Shown: in pieces, positions 55,655-64,000 of the stretch
How the letters are laid out: each line of letters starts with the position of its first letter
Position numbering within the stretch: position 1 is the stretch's first letter
DNA from: Thiohalocapsa sp. PB-PSB1
GTDB lineage: Bacteria > Pseudomonadota > Gammaproteobacteria > Chromatiales > Chromatiaceae
Assembly (NCBI GenBank): GCA_016745215.1
Contig: CP050890.1
Span: 6,029,455-6,093,454, forward strand
Direction: 5' to 3'
DNA: 64,000 bases
Notes under the pieces: generated by a model
Database searches by the model: none
The model's input: only the letters and a program-made list of their open reading frames with translations
Told to the model about the DNA's origin: nothing
Program-made: the position numbers and the translations under genes

Positions 55655-56857
55655 ATGCGACTCGGAATCGATCGATTGCTCGCCGAGGGCGAGCTGCGCA
55701 GGCCGTTACAGGGTCGGCGCATCGCGCTGCTCGGACATTCTGCTTCCGTCAACCATGTCGGGCGCCACTCGCTGGATGCGCTGATGTCCTTGGGCGGACT
55801 CGACATCACCGCCGCTTTTGGCCCGCAGCACGGCATGCGCGGCGACAAACAGGACAACATGGTCGAATCCGACGATTATACCGATCCACTGCATGGCATC
55901 CCGGTGTACAGTCTGTACGGCGACGTGCGCTCCCCCACCGATGCGATGCTCGACAGCTTCGATGTGTTGCTGGTGGACCTGCAGGATATCGGCACTCGTA
56001 TTTACACCTATGTCACCACGCTCGCCTATGTGCTGGAGGCCTGTGCGGCGCACGGCAAGGCGGTGTGGGTGCTGGATCGGCCCAATCCCGCCGGGCGTCC
56101 GATCGAGGGCAGCATTCTGGAGCCTGGCTGGGAGAGCTTTGTCGGCGCTGGCCCGCTGATGATGCGACATGGACTGACCCTGGGGGAATTGGCCCGGTGG
56201 TTCGTCGCGGTCAAGGGGCTCGACCTGGAATACGAGGTAATCGCGATGCAGGACTATGACCCACAGAGCGCCCCTGGCTATGGCTGGCCGCGCGATGAGA
56301 TTGCCTGGGTCAACCCGAGCCCGAATGCGTCGAGTTTGAACATGGCTCGTTGTTTCCCCGGCAGCGTGTTGCTGGAGGGCACCACCCTGTCCGAGGGCCG
56401 CGGCACCACGGTGCCGCTCGAACTGTTCGGCGCGCCGCGGATCGACATTTGCCTGCTGATGCAGCGCATGGAATCGCTGCAAGCCGACTGGATGCAGGGC
56501 GCTCTGGTGCGCTGCTGCGGCTTTGAGCCGACTTTCCACAAGCATCAGGGCCAGCTCTGTCATGGCATCCAGCTGCACACCGACAGCGTTCATTATCAGC
56601 ATATGCGATTCAGGCCCTATCGCCTGATTGCGTTGTTTTTGAAGAGTCTGCGCCTGGAATACCCGGATTATCCCATCTGGCGCGACTTTCCCTATGAATA
56701 CGAGACAGAGCGCCTGGCAATCGACTTGCTCACCGGCGGTACGTTCTTGCGCGAATGGGTCGACGACGCCGCGGCAGAGCCGGCCGATCTGGATGATCGA
56801 CTGCGCCCGGACGAGGCGCTTTGGCAGGAACAGCGGCGTGCTTTCCTGCTCTATTGA
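55655..56857 (+). CDS. DUF1343 family protein (NamZ/YbbC-like exo-beta-N-acetylmuramidase)
   Basis: RIALLGHSASV..., GPQHGMRGD, VLLVDLQDIGTRIYTYVTTL, LDRPNP. Start placed at MRLGIDRLL after a GGAGA ribosome-binding site. The ORF in the track begins at 55463. Confidence 0.75.
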   Translation: MRLGIDRLLAEGELRRPLQGRRIALLGHSASVNHVGRHSLDALMSLGGLDITAAFGPQHGMRGDKQDNMVESDDYTDPLHGIPVYSLYGDVRSPTDAMLDSFDVLLVDLQDIGTRIYTYVTTLAYVLEACAAHGKAVWVLDRPNPAGRPIEGSILEPGWESFVGAGPLMMRHGLTLGELARWFVAVKGLDLEYEVIAMQDYDPQSAPGYGWPRDEIAWVNPSPNASSLNMARCFPGSVLLEGTTLSEGRGTTVPLELFGAPRIDICLLMQRMESLQADWMQGALVRCCGFEPTFHKHQGQLCHGIQLHTDSVHYQHMRFRPYRLIALFLKSLRLEYPDYPIWRDFPYEYETERLAIDLLTGGTFLREWVDDAAAEPADLDDRLRPDEALWQEQRRAFLLY

Positions 56858-56974
56858 GCCTGTGCACGTATTCGCGGCAACCTGCAGAGAATGATTTTCA
56901 CCGCGAAGCGCGAAGAAGAAAAGATCGACATTTCAATTTCTTCGGCGCCTTCGCATCAGGTTCTGCCTGCAAAG

Positions 56975-57300
56975 AATGTCAGGATTCACCGCAGAGCGCG
57001 AGAGGGGTCAAGGCGCCCCGCCCGCAAGCGGACCTTGACCAGCCGTGGGAGCCGTTCGGCGTAGGAGCCCGCTTAGGGCGACCCGGCAAATGATGCCAGC
57101 GGAGCGGACGCAAGCGCCACGTCTTTCCCTGGAGTCAGGCTATAGGCCGCTGTCTTCTCGATAAATGCACTGCAAGATAACCCAGGGTGCAACCCGCCCA
57201 GCGCGACTTGATCGGAATCGGAATCGGGATCGGGATCGAAACGACATGACATCAGGGCGCGAGAAACCTGATGTTGAATGGGTGGATAACAGCGGAAACG
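56975..57300. repeat. copy B of the dispersed repeat family (no MITE)
   Basis: gtcaggattcaccgcagagcgcgagaggggtcaaggcgccccgcccgcaagcggacc...ggagcccgctta...ggcaaatgatgccagcggagcgg...ctgtcttctcgataaatg...cgcgacttgatcggaatcggaatcgggatcgggatcgaaa...gggcgcgagaaacctga. Confidence 0.65.
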
Positions 57301-57603
57301 CTAGCGGCACATCCGCACCGCTGCACCGGGTAACGACTTTCACGGTCTCTGGAGCCTGGGAGCAGGCTGTCGAAATCTGCCGTCTCACTAAAACAAGCGC
57401 TTTCCGGTTGATGGATGCTTAGTCGGCGTCGGGGTCGGCGTCAAGGTCGGAATGAGGGATTGGTATCGAGCTGGCTGCTTCGATCGATGAGCGGATTCGA
57501 TTCCGATTCCGATAGCGACCCCGACACCGATGAGGCTTCCCCAGTGCGTTCGATGAAGCAATCCAAGACCCGGAATCGGTTTGGCATCAAAACTCAGGAC
57601 ATT

Positions 57604-57770
57604 TCGACAGCCTAGTGCCTCGGTGCAGATGTTCCAAGACAGCCTCCGGTCGTTATCGTTGTCGTTGTCGTTGTCATAATCGTCTTAGCCGAATGCTCGA
57701 TAACGACTACGATTACGACAACGACAACGACAACGAACCGCCTCGGGATTTCTGTACCGCTCCACTAGCC
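57604..57770. repeat. third copy of the hairpin (REP-like) repeat, inverted relative to 50195-50525
   Basis: Reverse complement of the unit: ...ggtcgttatcgttgtcgttgtcgttgtcataatcgtcttagccgaatgctcgataacgactacgattacgacaacgacaacgacaacgaaccgcctcgggatttctgtaccgctccactag. Confidence 0.8.
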
Positions 57771-57843
57771 TGGGAGCCAGTTGCGTCAGTCACGCGGTGC
57801 GACAAATTTCGAGTCAATGGCCCTGCCCCGCGGGCCGGAAACA

Positions 57844-59301
57844 TCAGGGCGGAGCCCAAGCGTCGATCGACAGGGATTTGCCGTTCAGGGTCAGCAGGCC
57901 CTCGCCCAGGGTGATCGCGACCGACAGGCGTCCGCGCTCCGCCTCCAGCCAGCCGTCGCCAAGTAATCCGAGCAGCGATGCCTGTGCTGCCGCCATGACC
58001 TCCTCCTCCAGCCCGCTGGGCAGGGGTTCGGCGGGTTCGCCGCGATAGCGCAATTCACGCTGAATCCGCCGGCGTTGCGCGTCGATCAGCAATTGCAATA
58101 CCAACGCCTGCGGCAGCGAGATCTGCGCCTCGCCGGACAGGCGTCGTGACCAAAATGCCGATGGTTCCGCAACCGCTCCGGCAGCGCCGGACAGTTGTAC
58201 ATGGCCGCTTGCGTTCAGCATGCCATTCGGTGTCCTGAGTTCCAGGCGCTGCAGCGTCAGCCGCGGATCGGCCGACGCCAGATCGGGCAGTGACTTGCTC
58301 AGCAATTCACCGAGTGCCAGCCCACGCAGGGACTCCGGCAGGTTGCGAGCGCCGAGCTGGCGCTGTGCGTCGAGCAGCGCCGTCAGGGCCGGCGCATCGA
58401 TGCCGGAGGCGACCAACTGCAATTGCGATGGTGCAAAATTGGCGTGGTCAATGCTCAAGCGCTCGATGCGCAATGTTGCCTCGGCGCTTGCCTGGCTGGC
58501 GTCGATCGCGGTTGTTACATCCAGCGACAGGCCGGCAAGCTCCAATGACGGTCGCCTTGCTGTTGCATCCAGATGCAGACTGTCCAGCCTGAATTCCAGC
58601 GCGCCCTGGCTCGCATGCTCGGGTAAGTCGCGCAGCCGCAGGCGCCAGCCCAAGCCCTCGAACATCAGCCTTTTGCCGTTTGTATCTATTGCCTCCAACA
58701 GCCCCAGCTCACCCTGTCCATGCCAGCCTGTTTGGCCGTCGAAAAGCCGCAGCTTACCCTGTCCATTGACCAGATGCAGGTTGCCGACATTGCCGGAATA
58801 GGCGATGTCCGGTAAGCGCAGCTCGATGGCCAACGCACCACCGAGTTCGAATGTGGAATCGATCAGCAGCGGCGGCAGCCGCCGCGGAGCATCGATGACC
58901 GTGGCGCGAGCACGTGCAACGGCCAGCACCGGTGGCCAGCGCCATGGCGAGCCGCCGCCGGGTCCGTGATCCATGCGGGTTGCGATCTGCAGCCGCGCTG
59001 GCTGAGCCTCGCCCGATGTGGGTGGTCCAATCACCAGCAATGCTCTGGACTGGAACCAGTCGCGCCGATAGTCATCGCGCGTCACCCGATAGCCAGCATT
59101 GATCAGCTCATCAACAGCGGCTCGATAGAGCTGCTCGATGCGAAAACCAAGCAGCCAGGGAAGCAGCAGGGGCAGGAACAGCACGAGCACCAGCACGACG
59201 ACAGCTAGGACGGCGATGGGGGATCGCATCACCAGGCCGCGATCCCTGCGCAGACGGTTGGGCATGGGTTCAGTGACGCCGCCTTGCCGGCGAGCGCTCA
59301 T
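57844..59301 (-). CDS. YdgA-like (DUF945) inner-membrane-anchored protein
   Basis: 485 aa with an N-terminal TM and a periplasmic beta-rich region. Its start overlaps the bphP stop. Confidence 0.4.
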   Translation of the reverse strand: MSARRQGGVTEPMPNRLRRDRGLVMRSPIAVLAVVVLVLVLFLPLLLPWLLGFRIEQLYRAAVDELINAGYRVTRDDYRRDWFQSRALLVIGPPTSGEAQPARLQIATRMDHGPGGGSPWRWPPVLAVARARATVIDAPRRLPPLLIDSTFELGGALAIELRLPDIAYSGNVGNLHLVNGQGKLRLFDGQTGWHGQGELGLLEAIDTNGKRLMFEGLGWRLRLRDLPEHASQGALEFRLDSLHLDATARRPSLELAGLSLDVTTAIDASQASAEATLRIERLSIDHANFAPSQLQLVASGIDAPALTALLDAQRQLGARNLPESLRGLALGELLSKSLPDLASADPRLTLQRLELRTPNGMLNASGHVQLSGAAGAVAEPSAFWSRRLSGEAQISLPQALVLQLLIDAQRRRIQRELRYRGEPAEPLPSGLEEEVMAAAQASLLGLLGDGWLEAERGRLSVAITLGEGLLTLNGKSLSIDAWAPP

Positions 59302-61456
59302 ACCAGATCAGATGCTCCAACAATTCGGCGATGCGCGAGACCGAGGCCTGCACACCGTCGAGCATATCGGGTACGCGTTCCAGGTCGACGCCATCGGCGA
59401 TTTCCAATGCTGCGAGCTGGGCGTTGTGCACCAAGCCGGAGAATAGGTTGCAATAGAGCAGGTCTTCTTCGGACTCCAGCGGTACAGCCATCGCCTTATG
59501 TGGCTCGAAGACCTGGGACTGGAAGCGGGAGCGGGCAGCATCTGCTTGCCGCCGCTGGCGCATATCGGTCAGCAGCAGCACAAAGCCGAGCGCTTCGCCG
59601 GGTGCCGATAGCACCGGGTCGGCGCGCACCAGAAAGGATCTCTCCTCCAGCGCGGCCAGCTGTATCGTGACCTCGCCACGCCATGGGCGATGTGTGCGAC
59701 GCAATTCGCCGAGCTGCAGCCGGACCTCGGCGGCCGGTTGCAATACCTGGGCAAAGTCATCCAAAGTACGCGGCGTCGGGCCGGAACAAGGCAGCAGCCG
59801 CTCAAAGGCGGGGTTCATGATCAGTAGATTGCCGGCGTGGTCGGCAACCGCGGTCGGTTGCTCGGAGTCCTGAACCTGAGCCTGCACCCGATTGAGCTGC
59901 TGCTGCGCGATCAACACACGTACCGCACGAAACTGCTGAATGACGTCTGCCACCGACTCCCCGATCAACCGCGCCGTGGTGCGCTCTGCCGCGGACCAGG
60001 GTTGCGATGTGCCCTCGACCAGCTGATGCCATTTCGAAAACGAGCTGCGCGGCGAGAGCTGGGATGGATCATCGCTTGTCTCCACCGGCTTGAATGGATT
60101 GCCACCCCAGGTCAGTGTGCGCACCTGCTCCGGCCGCAGCCAGATCAAATAATCGCCCGATTGTCCGGACAGGGGAACTGCCAGTATGCCTGCCACTGTA
60201 TCGCGAAGAGGCTCCAGATGCGGCGCATGGTCGCCGAGGCAGTTGCAGGCAATGACATTTTGTCGCGGCAGCGAATCGAGCCAACGGCCGATGGCGCGCA
60301 AGTGCGATGAGGATGGCACCTCGCCACCAGTCCAGGATTCACCTTCCAGCAGCAATGCCGCCCCGCTGGCCTGGACCGGTTGTAGCAGTGATTGCGGGCT
60401 CTCGAATAACGCCGGCTTCCAATCGCCATCGCGGGAAATCGCCTCGATCATACGCTGCTCCAGACGCCGCACCAACAATTCGGCACGGCTCTGTACGAGG
60501 CTCTCGAGTGCGGCGATCCGCGTCGCCACCACCTCGCCAAGCAATTCGCACTCGGCGCGCACCTGATAAGGCACAAAACGCGGTGTGGAATGATGGCAGG
60601 CAATCAAGCCCCACAGGCGGTCGCCGGCGACCAGTGAGATCACCAGAGTAGCGCTGACGCCCATGTTTTTCAGATACTGGGTATGAATCGGCGATGGACT
60701 GCGCAGTGCGCACAACGACATATCGAGCTCTTCGCCGGTCAACGGTGAGCAGCGTGGCTCGATCGGAACAGGAGCATGACCGACATCCACCAGCAACCGC
60801 ACACGGTTGCGTTCATAGAGCTTGCGTGCGATCTGCGGGATGTCCGAGGCTGGATAGCGAATGCCGAGGAAGGGTTCCAGATGTGCCTCCCGCTGCTCGG
60901 CAAGTACCTGTCCATGACCATCCTCGTCGAAGCGATAGACCATGACTCGATCATAGCCGGAGATTTCCTTGAACACGCGGGCGGTCTCATCGCAAAGCTG
61001 GCGCAGTGATGACGCATCCATCAGCTGTCGCAGCGAGGTGTCGATGCCTTGTACCAGAGCGCGATGTGGCTGTGCCTGTTCCAGTTCGATGACCAGCCCG
61101 GCAGCGCAGGATGGGCGGTGCAGCAGGCCATCGAAGGCCTGCTCCGGTGCGCCCAGGGTGCAGCGAAATGCCACGGGTAAACGATCCAATCGGCCACCAA
61201 GGTGCATGCGGACGCGTTGTTCGAGCTGCGCTGAGATGCTTGCTAACCTGCTGCCGCAGGGCGCGTGGCCGAGACCGAGCAAATCGGCACTGTTCGTGCT
61301 GGCTTGCACGACTGACAAATCCGGCTCGCGTACCACCAGCAAAGCGCCATGCGGCTGGATCGAGCCGGCCAGGTGAATCTGCTCGCGCTCGCAGTTGCTC
61401 GGATCTGCCTCGCCGAACGCTGGAATTGATCGCAGGTGATTCGATAGGGTATTCAA
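59270..61456 (-). CDS. bphP: bacteriophytochrome (PAS-GAF-PHY) with a non-kinase C-terminal output region
   Basis: SNCEREQIHLAGSIQPHGALLVV (biliverdin Cys + PAS), ASDIPQIARKLY, SPIHTQYLKNMGVSATLVISL. No H-box or HATPase motifs in the last ~220 aa. Confidence 0.8.
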   Translation of the reverse strand: MNTLSNHLRSIPAFGEADPSNCEREQIHLAGSIQPHGALLVVREPDLSVVQASTNSADLLGLGHAPCGSRLASISAQLEQRVRMHLGGRLDRLPVAFRCTLGAPEQAFDGLLHRPSCAAGLVIELEQAQPHRALVQGIDTSLRQLMDASSLRQLCDETARVFKEISGYDRVMVYRFDEDGHGQVLAEQREAHLEPFLGIRYPASDIPQIARKLYERNRVRLLVDVGHAPVPIEPRCSPLTGEELDMSLCALRSPSPIHTQYLKNMGVSATLVISLVAGDRLWGLIACHHSTPRFVPYQVRAECELLGEVVATRIAALESLVQSRAELLVRRLEQRMIEAISRDGDWKPALFESPQSLLQPVQASGAALLLEGESWTGGEVPSSSHLRAIGRWLDSLPRQNVIACNCLGDHAPHLEPLRDTVAGILAVPLSGQSGDYLIWLRPEQVRTLTWGGNPFKPVETSDDPSQLSPRSSFSKWHQLVEGTSQPWSAAERTTARLIGESVADVIQQFRAVRVLIAQQQLNRVQAQVQDSEQPTAVADHAGNLLIMNPAFERLLPCSGPTPRTLDDFAQVLQPAAEVRLQLGELRRTHRPWRGEVTIQLAALEERSFLVRADPVLSAPGEALGFVLLLTDMRQRRQADAARSRFQSQVFEPHKAMAVPLESEEDLLYCNLFSGLVHNAQLAALEIADGVDLERVPDMLDGVQASVSRIAELLEHLIWYERSPARRRH

Positions 61457-62919
61457 AATGCAGTCCGACGCGATTGCAACCCTGCTGGCCGCTCCCCGAG
61501 CGATGACCGATCGAGGCTGGAGGAAGGCCGCGACGGCTGGTTTGCGCTCGCAGGCGAAGCATGCTCGAGGCCGTAGCGACGCAGCTTGGTGTGCAGGCTT
61601 TGTCGGCTCAGGCCGAGCAATTGTGCCGCGGCGGTGCGATTGCCAGCGGTCTTGCGCAATGCGGTCTCGATGTAATGCCGCTCGACCAGGGCAATGGTCT
61701 CGTCCACCACGGCGCGCAATGGCGCTTCACCCACGCGTGCGGCATGCGCATTGACCAATGTGCCCAAGGTTGCGGTCGCTGGGGTCGGTGATGCATGCCA
61801 ACCGATATTGCGTATCAGCACGGCGATCTGGCGTGGAGCCTCGTCGCGATCGCCCACCGCCGATAATTCCACTTCGGTCTCGCTGCCCAGGGTACCGCGA
61901 ATCAGCGTGGAGAAAAGCTGCAAGCGCCCGAATCGCTCCACATTGGCTGACAGCAAGTTCAGATCCGTTGCGCGTCGTCCCAGCCACTGGCCCAGGGATT
62001 GTCCGATCAAGCTGTCTCGGCTGCCTTCCTGGGTCATTTCCACAAAGGCCGCGTTGACGTTCAGCAGGATACCCTCGCGATCGATGGTAACCAAGCCATC
62101 CGGCCAGCGTTCGATCAGGTCGGCAAAGGCCGCAGAGTCGGCAGTCTGCGTTGGTACCGGCTGTTCGGCGGCTGCCACGATCCGCAATTGTAGCGGCGCG
62201 GGCACCGGCCCGGACGGGATCGACGATGCACGCACCAGCCAGGGGCCGGATCGGTCGCCGATGTGTTGCAGCAATCCGTTCGACATCCCGTGTTTTTGCG
62301 CACGCATGACGATGTCATTCAGTGTCCTGCGGTCGGCATCCGCCAACAGCGCTATGAGGTCAATGGCGCGCGTATCCTGGGCATTCTCGCTTGCCGCTCC
62401 CAATAATCGGGCTGCTGGAGGATTGATTTCAACAATGCGCAGGGTTTCTGGCGTGAGTGTCAGCAGCGCGTCCTGTGCGGAATCCAGCAGCATGCGGTAG
62501 CGAGTCTCGACCGCGCGCAATTTCCAGTAATCCTGCTCCAATACGTGCTGTGCATCCAACAAACGCGTTTGCAGTTGGGTCACAGCGTGCGGTTGCCTGC
62601 CGACCGCAACCAGTCCGCCCGTATCGCCGAGCCGTACCGTGGTGTACTCCAGCGGCAATACCAAACCACTCGGAAAACGCTGTGCCACCTGACCGATGCC
62701 GGAGACCCCGCCGCGGCGTGCGTGCTCGACCAGCCGTCCGATCCCGGAGCGTTCGTGGTCGCGCACGGTGTCGGCCCAAGGCTGCCCTATCCAGTCAGAG
62801 ATCGCCTCGCCTGCGATGCTTGGACCTGCCACTGCTTGCTGAATCACACCGGCGTGATCGAGGATCAGGGTAATATCAGGTTCGGCGCTGTTTGGATCGA
62901 TCATAGACTGCCTCGGCAA
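61453..62919 (-). CDS. ppsR: PpsR/CrtJ-family photosynthesis gene repressor (PAS domains + Fis-type HTH)
   Basis: C-terminal TAAAQLLGLSRQSLHTKLRRYGL, preceded by PAS-like segments. Overlaps the bphP start (ATGA-type coupling). Confidence 0.8.
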   Translation of the reverse strand: MPRQSMIDPNSAEPDITLILDHAGVIQQAVAGPSIAGEAISDWIGQPWADTVRDHERSGIGRLVEHARRGGVSGIGQVAQRFPSGLVLPLEYTTVRLGDTGGLVAVGRQPHAVTQLQTRLLDAQHVLEQDYWKLRAVETRYRMLLDSAQDALLTLTPETLRIVEINPPAARLLGAASENAQDTRAIDLIALLADADRRTLNDIVMRAQKHGMSNGLLQHIGDRSGPWLVRASSIPSGPVPAPLQLRIVAAAEQPVPTQTADSAAFADLIERWPDGLVTIDREGILLNVNAAFVEMTQEGSRDSLIGQSLGQWLGRRATDLNLLSANVERFGRLQLFSTLIRGTLGSETEVELSAVGDRDEAPRQIAVLIRNIGWHASPTPATATLGTLVNAHAARVGEAPLRAVVDETIALVERHYIETALRKTAGNRTAAAQLLGLSRQSLHTKLRRYGLEHASPASANQPSRPSSSLDRSSLGERPAGLQSRRTAF

Positions 62920-63189
62920 TGGCGCCGGTTGTTCGCGCTGGCCGTCACCAGGCGCATGATGTCTGAATTCTGTGGTTTATGGTTTGACAACGGATTTCCC
63001 GATTCTATCAAACTGCCGCACGCTAAGTGGTGGTTCATGAATAACCTATACAACGCTATCCAGACATCGGCGGAGTGCAATCGGGGTCGGGGTCGCTATC
63101 GGAATCGGAATCGAGAGAGAAAACGCCCTATGCCATTCGGTCATGAGAAGCTCGACGTAGAGCGTGCGGCCATCGAGCCTGTCGGCTAG

Positions 63190-63360
63190 GCCATAGCGCG
63201 ACTTGCATCAGGTTTGGGATCGGGATCGAAAAGACATGACATCAGGGCGTGAGAAACCTGAAAGTTTGCTGGGCAGCTATTTTCTGAGCGCTGCCTTCAT
63301 AGAATATGAATCAAACTTCATTCTGGTTGAATAGCTGAACATTCTACGCAGGCAGCACCG
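63190..63360. repeat. copy C (partial) of the dispersed repeat family
   Basis: gcgcgacttgcatcaggtttgggatcgggatcgaaaagacatgacatcagggcgtgagaaacctgaaagtttgctgggcagc...gctgccttcatagaatatgaatcaaacttcattctggttgaatagc. Confidence 0.65.
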
Positions 63361-63779
63361 GTTTTTTCGACATACTTTTTTAGCTTCAGAGTGATGCTGC
63401 AAAATTGCCGCCCGTGCTGGACGATGGTGCGGCACGGAAACGGTTTGCTGCCGGTTCGGATCTCAGGATCTGCGCTTGTAGTAAAGGGTATTTTTGTGCA
63501 AATGTCTCAGGATCTGTCCGCGTTTACTGGTTGCTGTTTTTCATCATCCCTATTCTTCGACGGAAGGTCTCCGAACGCTTGCATTGGATTCTATTTCAAT
63601 TAAAATTCATATGGTTATCGAGATCCAGAGGATCAGAGGTCAGAGATACAGCGCATGCAGTCCTTACAAGGGAAAATGTCGCAATCATTCGATGCATCCC
63701 TTCGCATGTTGTTCTCTATCCGATCTGTAGGCTAGGGATTGCCGATAGCAGGCAAATACCCAACCTCGAGGATAGAAAT

Positions 63780-64000
63780 ATGCGTCAAAACCAATCGAAG
63801 GTACCGGCGTTGTTCGCCGCGATCATCTGCGCCTTTTCCATCAATGTGCAGGCAGATGATGGCAAGATCATCTCCAGCGCCATTTGCCAAGCCATGACGC
63901 CCAACGGCGCCGAGCACCTGCGGCACCTGGGCTCGAGTCTGCAAGCCGTCGGGGCCGATGTGACTGTGATTTGCCCGATTGTGCGTGACAGCATGGGCGG
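63780..64000 (+). CDS. secreted protein, 5' partial (runs off the window)
   Basis: MRQNQSKVPALFAAIICAFSINVQADDGK... begins with a signal peptide. No stop within the window. Confidence 0.5.
   Translation, partial: MRQNQSKVPALFAAIICAFSINVQADDGKIISSAICQAMTPNGAEHLRHLGSSLQAVGADVTVICPIVRDSMG

Noticed and set aside
52017-56857. sdhCAB and the DUF1343 gene as part of anything unusual
   Set aside because: These are ordinary housekeeping genes with canonical motifs and compact arrangement. They are listed as features only.

Overview
This is a high-GC (roughly 65%) proteobacterial segment, and a bacteriophytochrome next to a PpsR/CrtJ-type repressor suggests a purple phototroph.

Three zones are visible.

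(1) 0.2-4 kb. An IS1182-family insertion sequence (lower GC) is flanked by CTAG. The 19-nt terminal inverted repeat is followed by a Sel1-like gene remnant and a few low-confidence small ORFs.

(2) 4.0-41.5 kb. An almost uninterrupted run of minus-strand genes, many stop/start-overlapped, is what I consider the novel system. It encodes:
- four vWA (MIDAS DxSxS) proteins;
- three tubulin/FtsZ-like GTPase paralogs, two of them fused as signal-vWA-TM-tubulin giants (1312 and 1304 aa) and one standalone (1063 aa);
- a 1842-aa vWA-TM-Hsp70-like ATPase;
- a 1116-aa helical protein;
- a membrane-anchored CAP/SCP-domain protein;
- an SPFH-like protein;
- a purine-nucleoside-phosphorylase/MTA-nucleosidase-like putative effector whose C-terminal ~60-aa helical module is repeated in the next ORF, looking like a homotypic effector-associated domain pair;
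- a polytopic membrane protein;
- an 821-aa membrane GTPase;
- a distal 793-aa coiled-coil membrane protein whose C-terminal domain recurs as a 5'-truncated paralog remnant.

(3) 41.5-50.5 kb. This is an insertion and repeat hotspot. It contains:
- an rve transposase fragment;
- two ~105-bp MITEs carrying the IS1182 terminal inverted repeat;
- a ~140-bp MITE revealed by comparing paralogs;
- an IS5-family element;
- a ~275-bp AT-rich MITE;
- minisatellite-like arrays seeded by AAAAGGACACCCACTCT;
- a duplicated patatin phospholipase gene, with one copy wrecked;
- a vapBC-like pair with a frameshifted PIN toxin;
- hairpin-forming REP-like tandem repeats.

50.5-64 kb is housekeeping: type-B sdhCAB, a DUF1343/NamZ-like hydrolase, a YdgA-like protein, bphP-ppsR and the start of a secreted protein. 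A ~0.3-0.5 kb dispersed repeat occurs three times in this window (42.1, 57.0, 63.2 kb).

Coordinates derived by my own counting may be off by 1-2 nt.
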